DNA of 64,000 nucleotides from Polyangiaceae bacterium (GTDB lineage: Bacteria > Myxococcota_A > Polyangia > Polyangiales > Polyangiaceae). The DNA lies in NCBI GenBank assembly GCA_044222475.1, contig JBGANF010000003.1, positions 32,001-96,000 of the forward strand, given 5' to 3'. How positions within the stretch are numbered: position 1 is the stretch's first letter; every line of letters starts with the position of its first letter. The notes beneath the pieces are model-generated. The model saw nothing but the letters and a program-made list of their open reading frames with translations, made no database searches and was not told where the DNA came from. Below, piece after piece: positions 47,985-57,049 of the stretch. The translations under genes were made by a program, and so were the position numbers.

Positions 47985-48716
47985 ATGCCCGCACGGCTCC
48001 TCACCATCGGCGTGAGCCACTACTGCGAGAAGGCCCGTTGGGCGCTCGATCGCGCCGGCGTCGACTACGTCGAGGAGGCTCATGCGCCGTTGTTCCACGT
48101 CGTCCGCGGCCGCGGCACGCGACCGCGCTTCGTCGACGGTGCGGTCGACCTCGGCGACTCCACGGAGATCCTGAGGTACGTCGACCAACGCCTCGACGAC
48201 TCGAAGAAGTTGTATCCTACAGGCATCGGCGCGGCCGCGCTCGAAGCCGAGGAGCGGTGGGACCAGGGCCTCGGCGTCGAGGTGCGACGCGTCGTGTACG
48301 GCATGCTCGCGCACGAGCCGGAGCTCTTCGGCCGCCTCGGCACGCCGATGGCTCCAGCGATCGAGCAGCGGGTCGTCCGCGCCGTCCCCCGCCTCTTCCT
48401 CGCGCCGATCGTCCGCGCGTACCGAGCGGCGGGGCCGCCGCCGAAGGCCATTGCCCGCGCCGAGGCGGCGTTCGCCGAGGCCTCCGCGATCCTCGAGAGG
48501 CAGCCGTACCTCGCCGGCGACCGCTTCAGCGCCGCCGACCTGACGTTCGCCGCCCTGGCCGCGCCGGCGGTGTTCCCGGAGGGGCACCCCGCGATGCCCG
48601 CGTACCGAGACCTCGCCGGGACGAAGGTCGCCGCGTTCGTGACGCGGTTCCGCGACACGCGCGCGGGAGAGCACGTCCTGCGCATGTACCGCGAGCGGCG
48701 GCACGCCGCGGGTTGA
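47985..48716 (+). CDS. Glutathione S-transferase family protein
   Basis: SHYCEKARWAL, DSTEIL, YLAGDRFSAADL. Confidence 0.88.
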   Translation: MPARLLTIGVSHYCEKARWALDRAGVDYVEEAHAPLFHVVRGRGTRPRFVDGAVDLGDSTEILRYVDQRLDDSKKLYPTGIGAAALEAEERWDQGLGVEVRRVVYGMLAHEPELFGRLGTPMAPAIEQRVVRAVPRLFLAPIVRAYRAAGPPPKAIARAEAAFAEASAILERQPYLAGDRFSAADLTFAALAAPAVFPEGHPAMPAYRDLAGTKVAAFVTRFRDTRAGEHVLRMYRERRHAAG

Positions 48717-48753
48717 TGCTTCGATCGCGGGACGGTGCTATTCCAGTGCACGC

Positions 48754-49221
48754 ATGGCGCTGATTTCGTGTCCCGATTGCGGCCGGCAGGTCTCCGACCT
48801 CGCCTATGCATGCCCGCAGTGCGCGCGTCCCATCGCCGAAACCATCAACCATCGCCCGGAGCGTGTGGTGCGGGACGCTCGCGCCGACGAAGCCGGCGAC
48901 GGCGTGGAACCTGGCATCCTCGCCCGGCGGCACCGCGACCGAATCGGCGCGCGGGCGCCAGGCGTCGTCAAGGCGTGCGTCACCTGCGGTCGAGACGTCA
49001 CCGAGGATCTGTTTCGGGCGAAGACGAAGACCGGCTACGTCTGCGCCGAGTGTCAGGACAAGGAGATCGACCGATACGTCGCCTGGCGAAACCGCTGGGG
49101 CAAGGTGGTCTGGATCGTGGTCGCGGTCGTGGTGGCGGGCGTCTCGATCGTCGGCCTGATGACCGTCGTGACGAGCATGTCGACGAGCAAGTCGGACGCG
49201 GTCGAGCCGGTCAAGAAGTGA
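48754..49221 (+). CDS. Double zinc-ribbon membrane protein
   Basis: MALISCPDCGRQVSD..CPQC, CVTC..CAEC, C-terminal TM. Confidence 0.75.
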   Translation: MALISCPDCGRQVSDLAYACPQCARPIAETINHRPERVVRDARADEAGDGVEPGILARRHRDRIGARAPGVVKACVTCGRDVTEDLFRAKTKTGYVCAECQDKEIDRYVAWRNRWGKVVWIVVAVVVAGVSIVGLMTVVTSMSTSKSDAVEPVKK

Positions 49222-49227
49222 CGCACG

Positions 49228-49827
49228 TCAGGGCTTCGGACAGGTGACCAACGTTCCCGTGTCGGCGAGGTTCACTGCGTCGGTCGCGTCGATGATGGCG
49301 TCCTCGATCCCGACGATGGTGGCGTAGCTGGAGTCGGACTCGACGAAGCCCCAGCGTTTCACGGAGTACGTTTCGCCAAAGTCGGTGATCGTGGTCGTGA
49401 TCCAACGACGATCGTGCTGACCCGAGTCGAGCGTGCGCCTGATCTTGGGGAACTCGGCCCGCTGAGCCAGCGACTGGATCTTGCCCACCTTCCAGAGCGG
49501 CGCCGTCCCCCGGATGCAGCCCTTGCGCGGCTTCTCCACGACGACGACGAACGTCCCGTCCGCGTTCACCGTGACCGTGTAGATCGGACAGTCGCCGAAG
49601 CAGACGTCGGCGTGGAGCTTGGCGACGAAGCCCTTGCTCGGGTTCGGCCACACCCCGACGTCGATGCCCGCGTCGACGATGGGTGGGGCGACCTCGCTGG
49701 TGGCGTCCGCGGCCGCGTCGACCGGATCGGGGACGTGCGGAGCAGCGACCGGCTTGCGCGGCGGCTCTTCGGTCGCGTGGCACGCGGCGAGAACGACGGC
49801 GAGAAGACCGGTACGTCCGACGATCAT
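49228..49827 (-). CDS. Lipoprotein (DUF6438-like)
   Basis: LAAC lipobox; CFGDCPIYTVTVNADG. Confidence 0.65.
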   Translation of the reverse strand: MIVGRTGLLAVVLAACHATEEPPRKPVAAPHVPDPVDAAADATSEVAPPIVDAGIDVGVWPNPSKGFVAKLHADVCFGDCPIYTVTVNADGTFVVVVEKPRKGCIRGTAPLWKVGKIQSLAQRAEFPKIRRTLDSGQHDRRWITTTITDFGETYSVKRWGFVESDSSYATIVGIEDAIIDATDAVNLADTGTLVTCPKP

Positions 49828-50930
49828 TTCCCGGTGCAGTCTCCGGTCATGCCAGCGATCCACTTCGTGACGAGATCGAGCCCCTCGTCGTGAACGAGGC
49901 TGCGCCCGATCTCCGGCATGGCGACCTGCGGTTGGGTCGACTTCATGCGGTAGATCATGATCGACTCCTCGGGCTTCCCCGGGACCACGTCGTAGAGGAA
50001 GGTGCCGGACCCCGGACCGGCGGCGACCGGTGACTTGCACGTACCAAGTCGGTACGGGTCGGCGATGTCGAAGCCGAGGTGGAGTCCGGTGGTGCGCGCC
50101 TCACCGACGTCGCTGTGGCAATGCCCGCAGTTGGAGTCGAGGTACGCCCGTGCGCGCACGTCGTTCGGGAGCGACGTGTCGGCCCACGAGGGCATCGTCT
50201 TCGTCGCCGGCTGCGGCGCGCCGCTGAGGATGCCGACCTTCGTCCAGTGCGCGAGTTGGTTCTCGGTGCCGCTCGGGTACGCGTAGTCCACGTTGAGCCG
50301 GTCGCCGCGCACGCCGATCGGCACCACCACGTTGGACTCCCCGTCCCCGTGGCACTTCTTGCATTGGTTCTGGTTCGGCACGAGGTACGACGCCGTGACG
50401 GCCGTCCCATCCTCCTTGACGAAGCTCACGTCGCGCGTCTGTCCGCCGGGACGGATTCGCGCCTCCTTCTGGTCGTCGTCCCAGACGTACGAGATCGCGC
50501 GGAACCCGGAGTCGGTGCGGTAGAGGAGGCGGGTCTCGATCCACTTCACTGGCTCGGGCTTGCGAAAGTCGGCCGGGTAGCCGAACGACTTGGTGACGAT
50601 CGATCCGACGGGAAGGTCGAAGACCTTGGTGTCGTCCCAGACGATCGACTGGCCCTTCGGTACCCAAATGGTACGAACCTTCACCGCGTAGTCCGAGAAG
50701 AGCGTGGCGCTCGGTTGGTAGGGGACGACCTCGGCCGAGAGAGGGACGATCTTCGCGTCCTGGACGCCGACCATGCAGTACGCCGAGAGCGTCGGCAGAG
50801 GGTCCACGAGGTAGCTCTTGTCGCTCGCCGGGGTGCACAGCGGCGCGGTGGGGGCGGGGGTGCTCGAGCACGCGACGAACGACGCTCCGAGCGCGAAGCC
50901 GAGCGCGAGAGCCGCGGTGCGGCCGCGCAC
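49824..50930 (-). CDS. SO2930-family diheme c-type cytochrome lipoprotein
   Basis: FVAC lipobox; LFSDYAVKVR, IETRLL, CKKCH, ARAYLDSNCGHCH, MPEIGRSLVH. Confidence 0.85.
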   Translation of the reverse strand: MRGRTAALALGFALGASFVACSSTPAPTAPLCTPASDKSYLVDPLPTLSAYCMVGVQDAKIVPLSAEVVPYQPSATLFSDYAVKVRTIWVPKGQSIVWDDTKVFDLPVGSIVTKSFGYPADFRKPEPVKWIETRLLYRTDSGFRAISYVWDDDQKEARIRPGGQTRDVSFVKEDGTAVTASYLVPNQNQCKKCHGDGESNVVVPIGVRGDRLNVDYAYPSGTENQLAHWTKVGILSGAPQPATKTMPSWADTSLPNDVRARAYLDSNCGHCHSDVGEARTTGLHLGFDIADPYRLGTCKSPVAAGPGSGTFLYDVVPGKPEESIMIYRMKSTQPQVAMPEIGRSLVHDEGLDLVTKWIAGMTGDCTGK

Positions 50931-50931
50931 G

Positions 50932-52215
50932 TCAGAGCCCCGGGAACGTGACCGGCGCGATCGCCGGGAGCGAGCAGTCGTAGGGCTTCGCGTCGAGCGA
51001 CATGATGCCCGGGAGGTCCGGCTTGTTCTTGTCGAGCTTGTCGAGGTGCAGGTTGGCGAACGCCGACCCGCCGTTGTTCTGGATGCAGATCTGCATCGGG
51101 TTCTCGGGGTTGGTGGTGATCTTCGCGTCGACGATCCCGTCGTAGAGGACCTGCGGCACGACCTTGTTGGGGAACGACTCGGTCGCGGTCGCGAGCAGGA
51201 TGCCGATCTGCTTCGTCGCGTCGGGGAGCGTGCCACCCGGACCGTAGGTGTTGTCGTGGATGTGGACCCGCTTCGGGTACGGGTAGTAGTTGGGATCCTT
51301 GATCTCGACGTCGGCGACGTAATAGCTGATCACCGCCGAGTGCACGGTGAGGTTGTCGTCGAAGGCGTTCTGGAACACCTCGACGTTGTCGTTCGCCATG
51401 ACGAAGAAGCCCGTGCCGCGCGGGATCAACCCGACGATGTTGCCGACCGGGGCGAAGTTCTTCGTGTTGTTGCCGTGGATCTTGTTCTTGTAGACGCGCA
51501 CGTCGTGGCCGCCGAGCTGCGGCAGGCCGGGGAGATCGAACACGAGGATCCCGCCGGTGTTGTCGTGCGAATCGTTCTCGTAGACGTCGGCGAAGAACGT
51601 GTTCTCGATCTCGATGCCGGCGACGTTCTCGTACGCCTCGTTGCGCCGGAGGACGGCGTGGTCGGACTGGCCGAGGTAGATGCCGGAGTCGGACGCGCCG
51701 CTGACCTTCGAGTCCTCGATGAGGACGTTCTTCGACTTCACCGGGTACAGACCGTACGGGCCGTGCTCGGACGGCTCGAGCCCGGTCCACGTCGCTTCCA
51801 TCTTGCGGAAGGTGACGCCCGTCGCGCCGAGGACCTTCACCCCGTTGCCGGCCGTGTCCCGCACCGTGAAGCTCTCGAGGACGATGTCCTTCACGCCGTC
51901 GGCGAAGATGCCCTCGGCGCCGGCCTTCTGGCCTTTGAAGTCGAGGATGGTCTTGCCCATCCCCTGCCCCCGCACGGTCACTTTGTTCGCCGCGATGATG
52001 AGCGTGTTCGTCAGCTTGAAGGTGCCCTCACCGAAGAGGATGAGCTGACCGTCCTTCGCGGTCGCGAACGCGTCGGCGATCTTCTGCTCGCTGTCGCTCG
52101 ACGCGAACGACGTGCAGAGGACGCCGGTGGGACAGGTGGGCGCGGGCGGCCCGGACGGAGTCGACGAGCACGCGAACACGGCGACCGGAAGCAAGGCTAG
52201 TCCGAGGAGACGCAT
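50932..52215 (-). CDS. Parallel beta-helix lipoprotein (TIGR03805-like partner of SO2930)
   Basis: VFAC lipobox; YGLYPV, GASDSGIYLGQS, NVAGIEIEN, NTGGILVFDLP. Confidence 0.85.
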   Translation of the reverse strand: MRLLGLALLPVAVFACSSTPSGPPAPTCPTGVLCTSFASSDSEQKIADAFATAKDGQLILFGEGTFKLTNTLIIAANKVTVRGQGMGKTILDFKGQKAGAEGIFADGVKDIVLESFTVRDTAGNGVKVLGATGVTFRKMEATWTGLEPSEHGPYGLYPVKSKNVLIEDSKVSGASDSGIYLGQSDHAVLRRNEAYENVAGIEIENTFFADVYENDSHDNTGGILVFDLPGLPQLGGHDVRVYKNKIHGNNTKNFAPVGNIVGLIPRGTGFFVMANDNVEVFQNAFDDNLTVHSAVISYYVADVEIKDPNYYPYPKRVHIHDNTYGPGGTLPDATKQIGILLATATESFPNKVVPQVLYDGIVDAKITTNPENPMQICIQNNGGSAFANLHLDKLDKNKPDLPGIMSLDAKPYDCSLPAIAPVTFPGL

Positions 52216-52649
52216 CCTTGGACTCTACCACGAGCCCGATTCCACGCCGCGCCCACTGCATACGCCGCCGCGATCGCCGCGAGGTCGATGGGGTCGAAGA
52301 CGCCCGGGATCCAGTGAGCGGCCTGGGCCAGCTCGATCGCGACGGCGGCCGCGAAACCGGCGGCCAGCCATGCGCGCGCCGCGCGCGAAGCTCGGTCCTC
52401 GCTCCACACGAGCGCGACCGCCGCGCCGAAAGCGTACGCCCACGCCGCGTCGGGCGCGCTGCCCGACAGCGGACCCGGGATCGACGACGCGAACGCCCGC
52501 GTCACGACCCGCAGCGTGTCGAGCGCGCGCCCGAGCCCGACGGCGTCGACGGCTCGGAAGAGCGCGATGTCGTCGCGGCGGAGCAACAGATAGAAGGTGC
52601 CCCCAAGCAGGATCGGCAGCGCGACGTGGAGGAGCACGCGGCGCTTCAT
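52197..52649 (-). CDS. Hypothetical membrane protein
   Basis: About 4 hydrophobic segments; PDAAWAY, IELAQ..IPGVFDPIDL. Confidence 0.7.
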   Translation of the reverse strand: MKRRVLLHVALPILLGGTFYLLLRRDDIALFRAVDAVGLGRALDTLRVVTRAFASSIPGPLSGSAPDAAWAYAFGAAVALVWSEDRASRAARAWLAAGFAAAVAIELAQAAHWIPGVFDPIDLAAIAAAYAVGAAWNRARGRVQGCVSSD

Positions 52650-53377
52650 TTGACCTGCCAGAGCTCCGAAACCCACGCGAGCGCCTTCTTGCCCCCGCTC
52701 ACCTCGATGGGGGCGCCGCTGTACTCGAGGACGATCCAGCGATCGCCGCTCTGCCTCACGTAGGCGGGCACGGTCGAGCGGATGCGCAGCGAGACCGCGG
52801 CGGGCAGCAGCGGGTGGAACCCGTCCGGCGGCGAGACCGATTTCATGAACGACAGCGCGGCGCTCGTCCCGCCCGCGACTCCCTTGCTCACGCGACCGTA
52901 GAGCGCGCCGGCGTCGGCGCCGTCCGCTTCGTCGAAGAACAGGAGCGCGCCCTTGCGGCCGGAGTTCTCGACGACGAGGTACGACCAGTGCGTCTTCCCG
53001 TCGTCGTTTCCGCCGACGCCGTAGGCCTTGCCGAAGAACACGACGCGCTCCTTCGGAAGCGCTGCGGTCTTCGGGAGGGCGCCCGCGTCGAAATCGTCGA
53101 AGACGCGGCAACCGTCCTTCTTGGCCGCCACGCAACCGATGAGCGCGCGGATGCTCCCGACGTCGGGCTCGAGGAGCGCGGCCACCGAGTCGGCGCCGGC
53201 GTCGGTGATGCTCGCGTCGACCGCCGGCCCGCCGGCGTCCCACGGTGCCAACGGCGTTCGATGGGCCGGGCTCGTCGCGGTGTTGAGCGCGAGGAAGAAC
53301 CCGAGGACCGCAGCCGACGCGACGTGCCGTCTCCACCCCTTCGGGTACCACGAAGCGCGGCAGCGCGATGCGATCAC
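52646..53377 (-). CDS. Hypothetical exported protein
   Basis: Overlaps both neighbours by 4 bp; hydrophobic N-terminal segment then DAG linker. Start uncertain. Confidence 0.6.
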   Translation of the reverse strand: MIASRCRASWYPKGWRRHVASAAVLGFFLALNTATSPAHRTPLAPWDAGGPAVDASITDAGADSVAALLEPDVGSIRALIGCVAAKKDGCRVFDDFDAGALPKTAALPKERVVFFGKAYGVGGNDDGKTHWSYLVVENSGRKGALLFFDEADGADAGALYGRVSKGVAGGTSAALSFMKSVSPPDGFHPLLPAAVSLRIRSTVPAYVRQSGDRWIVLEYSGAPIEVSGGKKALAWVSELWQVK

Positions 53378-54570
53378 GCGAGCGCCTCGCGGAGATCGGC
53401 GATGACGTCGGCTTCCTCTTCCAGCCCGACGGCGAGACGGATCAGGCCGTCTTCGATGCCGGCCTCGCGTCGCTCTTCCGGCGTCATCGCGTAGAAGCTC
53501 ATGACCGCCGGCTGCTCGATCAGCGTCTCGGGACCGCCGAGGCTCGGCGCGATTCGGGCGAGCTTCGCGCGATCGACGACGCGGCGCGCATCGTCGAGGC
53601 CGCCCTTCACCACGAAGCTCACGACGCCACCGAAGCCGCCGTCCATCTGGGTCCGGGCGGTGACGTGGTCGGGGTGCGACTCGAGCCCCGGGTAGTACAC
53701 GCGCTCGACGCGCGGGTGACCTTCGAGCGCCCGCGCCACCGCGAGCGCGGTGGCCGAGTGTTGGCGCATCCGCAGCGCGAGCGTCTTCATGCCGCGACCG
53801 ACGAGGAACGCCGCATGCGGATCGCAGATCCCACCGAGGACGCCGCGGAGATCGCGCACCGGCGACGTGACCGCGGTCGCGCCGCACACCGCACCGGCGA
53901 GCACGTCGTGGTGACCGCCGAGGTACTTCGTGGCCGAGTGCACGACGAGATCGACCCCGAAGCTCGCGGGGCGGCAGTGGATCGGCGTCGCGAACGTCGC
54001 GTCGACCATCGTCCGGACGTCGCGGATGGGCTTGCACGCGGCGGCGAGCGCCGCGAGATCGACACATCGGTTGTACGGGTTCGAAGGTGCTTCGCTGATC
54101 ACCATTCGCGTCTCGGGGCGAAGCGCGGCCTTCATCGCCGCGATGTCCCCCGGTGGGACGAGAGTGGCACCGACGCCGAAGTCGGCGAGGGTGCCGGTGA
54201 CGAACTCGCGCGTCATGCGGTAGCAGTCGCTGAAGAGGACGACGTGGTGCCCTTGCTTCACGTGCGCGAGGATCGCGGTCGTGACTGCGGCCATGCCGCT
54301 CGAGAAGAGGACGGCGTCCTCGGTTTGCTCGAGCGCGGCGAGGCGCACCTCGACGTCGCGGCACGTCGGGTTGCCGTAGCGGCCATACTCCTCGCGATCG
54401 GGCCGTTCGTGGGTGCCGTTCGTGAGCGCGATCACCTCGGCGGAGTCCCGGAAGGTGTACGTCGACGTCTGGACGAGCGGCGCCGGGATCGCATCGAACG
54501 CCTCGTTCGCACGCGCGCCGGCGTGGACGGCGTCGGTCGAGCTGGCGGTGCGCTTTTTCACGGACCGCAT
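53374..54570 (-). CDS. Cys/Met metabolism PLP enzyme (cystathionine gamma-synthase family)
   Basis: YGRYGNPT, FSSGMAA, DATFATP, HSATKYLGGH, SLGG. Confidence 0.93.
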   Translation of the reverse strand: MRSVKKRTASSTDAVHAGARANEAFDAIPAPLVQTSTYTFRDSAEVIALTNGTHERPDREEYGRYGNPTCRDVEVRLAALEQTEDAVLFSSGMAAVTTAILAHVKQGHHVVLFSDCYRMTREFVTGTLADFGVGATLVPPGDIAAMKAALRPETRMVISEAPSNPYNRCVDLAALAAACKPIRDVRTMVDATFATPIHCRPASFGVDLVVHSATKYLGGHHDVLAGAVCGATAVTSPVRDLRGVLGGICDPHAAFLVGRGMKTLALRMRQHSATALAVARALEGHPRVERVYYPGLESHPDHVTARTQMDGGFGGVVSFVVKGGLDDARRVVDRAKLARIAPSLGGPETLIEQPAVMSFYAMTPEERREAGIEDGLIRLAVGLEEEADVIADLREALA

Positions 54571-54623
54571 CCTACACCCGGTTTCCCTCTTCCGTGCCGC
54601 GCTCTCCCGGGCGACGATGCGCC

Positions 54624-55352
54624 ATGACCGACGAGAAGACCCTCCGCAAAGACCTCGCCGCCTGCTACCGCCTCGTCGCCCTCCACGGCTGGGACGACCT
54701 CGTGTTCACCCACATCTCGGTCCGAATCCCCGGGCCAGAGCATCACTTCCTCATCAACCCGTACGGGATGCTCTTCGAGGAGATCACCGCGTCGAGCCTG
54801 GTGAAGGTGAACATGAACGGCGAGAAGCTCAGCGAGTCGCCGTTCCCGGTGAACCCGGCGGGGTTCGTGATCCACAGCGCGATCCACATGGCGCGGGAAG
54901 ACATCACCTGCGTGCTGCACACCCACACGCCGGCCGGCGTCGCGGTGTCGGCCCAGAAGGACGGCCTGTTGCCGATCTCCCAGCAGGCGACGGTCGCGCT
55001 CGCGTCGCTCGGCTACCACGACTACGAGGGCATCGCCCTCCGCGACGACGAGAAGCCGCGGCTCGTGAAGGACCTCGGTACCAACATGGGATTCATCTTG
55101 CGCAACCACGGGCTGCTCACCGTCGGCGCGACGGTCGCCGACGCGTTCCTCGGGATGTTCAACCTGCAGCGCGCGTGCGAGATCCAGCTCCTCGCGCAGA
55201 GCGGCGGCAGGGAGCTCGTCCCGGTCGCGGCGCCGATCCTCCAGGGCGTGAAGGCCAACATCGCCGCGGTCACCAAGGGAATGCAGGGAGGACTCGCGTG
55301 GCCGGGGTTGCTCCGCAAGCTCGATCGCGTGAGCCCGGGCTACGCGAGCTGA
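54624..55352 (+). CDS. Class II aldolase/adducin family protein
   Basis: THIS, FLINPYG, NPAGFVIHSAIH, HTHT, LRNHG. Confidence 0.92.
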   Translation: MTDEKTLRKDLAACYRLVALHGWDDLVFTHISVRIPGPEHHFLINPYGMLFEEITASSLVKVNMNGEKLSESPFPVNPAGFVIHSAIHMAREDITCVLHTHTPAGVAVSAQKDGLLPISQQATVALASLGYHDYEGIALRDDEKPRLVKDLGTNMGFILRNHGLLTVGATVADAFLGMFNLQRACEIQLLAQSGGRELVPVAAPILQGVKANIAAVTKGMQGGLAWPGLLRKLDRVSPGYAS

Positions 55353-55362
55353 GGGAGCCGTC

Positions 55363-55659
55363 ATGTGCCGCAACATCCGCGTGCTTCATCACTTCGAGCC
55401 GCCGACGACGAAAGACGAGATGGCGGCGGCGTCCCTCCAGTACGTCCGCAAGATCTCCGGAACGACGAAGCCGAGCGCGGCCGATCAGGCGGCGTTCGAT
55501 CGCGCCGTCGCCGAGGTCACGGCCGCGACCGAGAAGCTCCTCAAAGTACTCCACGCGAAGGGACCGCCGCGCACGCGCGAGGGAGAGAAGCTCAAGGCGG
55601 TGGCGCGATGGGCCAGCCGCGAGGCGCGGATCAAGGGCACAGCAAGCGGCGGTTCATGA
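55363..55659 (+). CDS. DUF2277 family protein
   Basis: MCRNI..FEPP..ASLQYVRKISG. Confidence 0.85.
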   Translation: MCRNIRVLHHFEPPTTKDEMAAASLQYVRKISGTTKPSAADQAAFDRAVAEVTAATEKLLKVLHAKGPPRTREGEKLKAVARWASREARIKGTASGGS

Positions 55660-56080
55660 GCACGCCGCGCATCATCGACTCGAACGCCTCGACGTCCTTC
55701 GGAGGCGGCGCGCAGGTGGTGCACGTCGGCGAGAGCCACATCCGGTTCGTGCCGATCCGAAAGGTCGCCTGGGTCGACGCGCTGGACTTGTAGATCAGGT
55801 TCCCCGCGATCGCCTTCTGCACGTCGGCTCTCGCGAACGCGCCCGTCACGTCGGCGCCGCTCCACATGTTGCCGTTGCGCGGCAGGTCGGTCTGGCAGAC
55901 CTTCGGCGGTCCGCCGGGCTGAGGGCGCTCGAGCCGCACCGTCTCGGGCGGGAAGAACTGGAGGCTGTCGCCGCCTTCGACCATCTCGAACGCCGGTGCG
56001 GGGGCAGGCGCCGCCGCGACGTCCGAGACCGCACACACTGCGACGACGGCCAGGAAGACGGTGGCGACGACGGATCGCAT
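55631..56080 (-). CDS. Hypothetical secreted protein
   Basis: Signal peptide; Cys residues; typical codon bias. Confidence 0.55.
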   Translation of the reverse strand: MRSVVATVFLAVVAVCAVSDVAAAPAPAPAFEMVEGGDSLQFFPPETVRLERPQPGGPPKVCQTDLPRNGNMWSGADVTGAFARADVQKAIAGNLIYKSSASTQATFRIGTNRMWLSPTCTTCAPPPKDVEAFESMMRGVLMNRRLLCP

Positions 56081-56134
56081 CTTCGGAGTCTACGCGAGGT
56101 CGCGGAAGATGCTTCCCGCGCGTAGACTGGGCGG

Positions 56135-56986
56135 ATGGCCCGCCGAAGCGTCGTGATCGCGAGCGCGCTGCTCCCCGCGGTCGGCTTCTTTGCCGCCTGC
56201 AGCGACGACGGCGTCGTGACGCCGGTGGAGGCCGGCGTCGACGACGCTCCGCTCGACGTCTTCGCCGACGAGCCCGACGTGGACCAAGGGCCGACGAAAG
56301 CGGTGTGGGTCAACTCGACGGATACGTTGTTCCGGTTCGATCCCGACACGCACGCGCTCACCAAGGTGGCCACTTTCAGCTGCGCAGCCGATCTCGTGTT
56401 CGACATCGCGATCGACGAGGGCGAGCACATGTTCGGCGTCACGTCGCTCGGTCTCGTCGCCATCGATCCGAAGACCGCGGCGTGCACGGCGATCGCCGGC
56501 GGCGTGTATCCCCACGCGATCGCGTTCATCCCCAAGGGACCGCTCGACTTCACCCGCGAGGTACTCGTGGGTTACAGCCTCGCGCAGTACGTCCGCATCG
56601 ACGAGAAGACCGGAGCGATGACGCCGATCGGGAACATCAACCCTTCCGGCACGGGGCCGCAGCTCGTCGTCTCGGGCGACCTCGTGGCCATCACCCCGAC
56701 GCGCATCCAAGTGACGCTCCTCGGCGATCCCGACGGCGGAGACATCCTCGCGAGCGCCGATCCCAAAACGGGACACGCGCTGAAGGTCCTGAAGTCTCTC
56801 GGCGAGCTCGGGGTGACCGGGCTCGGACAGTGGGCGGGCACGACCTACGCGTTCAGCCAGCGCGGCGACGTACTCTCCTACCGAGACGGATCGGTCGCGC
56901 TCGTCCACTCCGAGGGAGACGCCGCGGCGGACGTTCGGCTCAGCTTCAGCGGCGCGGCAGTGACGACGCGCGCGCCGACGCAGTGA
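56135..56986 (+). CDS. Lipoprotein, probable beta-propeller
   Basis: FAAC lipobox; LFRFDP, DIAID, IDPKT repeats. Confidence 0.75.
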   Translation: MARRSVVIASALLPAVGFFAACSDDGVVTPVEAGVDDAPLDVFADEPDVDQGPTKAVWVNSTDTLFRFDPDTHALTKVATFSCAADLVFDIAIDEGEHMFGVTSLGLVAIDPKTAACTAIAGGVYPHAIAFIPKGPLDFTREVLVGYSLAQYVRIDEKTGAMTPIGNINPSGTGPQLVVSGDLVAITPTRIQVTLLGDPDGGDILASADPKTGHALKVLKSLGELGVTGLGQWAGTTYAFSQRGDVLSYRDGSVALVHSEGDAAADVRLSFSGAAVTTRAPTQ

Positions 56987-57049
56987 TGATCGGAGTTCCG
57001 CTTCTCCGTTGGGCCGCGACGGCGTACGCTTTCGATGGCGGGGTGATGC

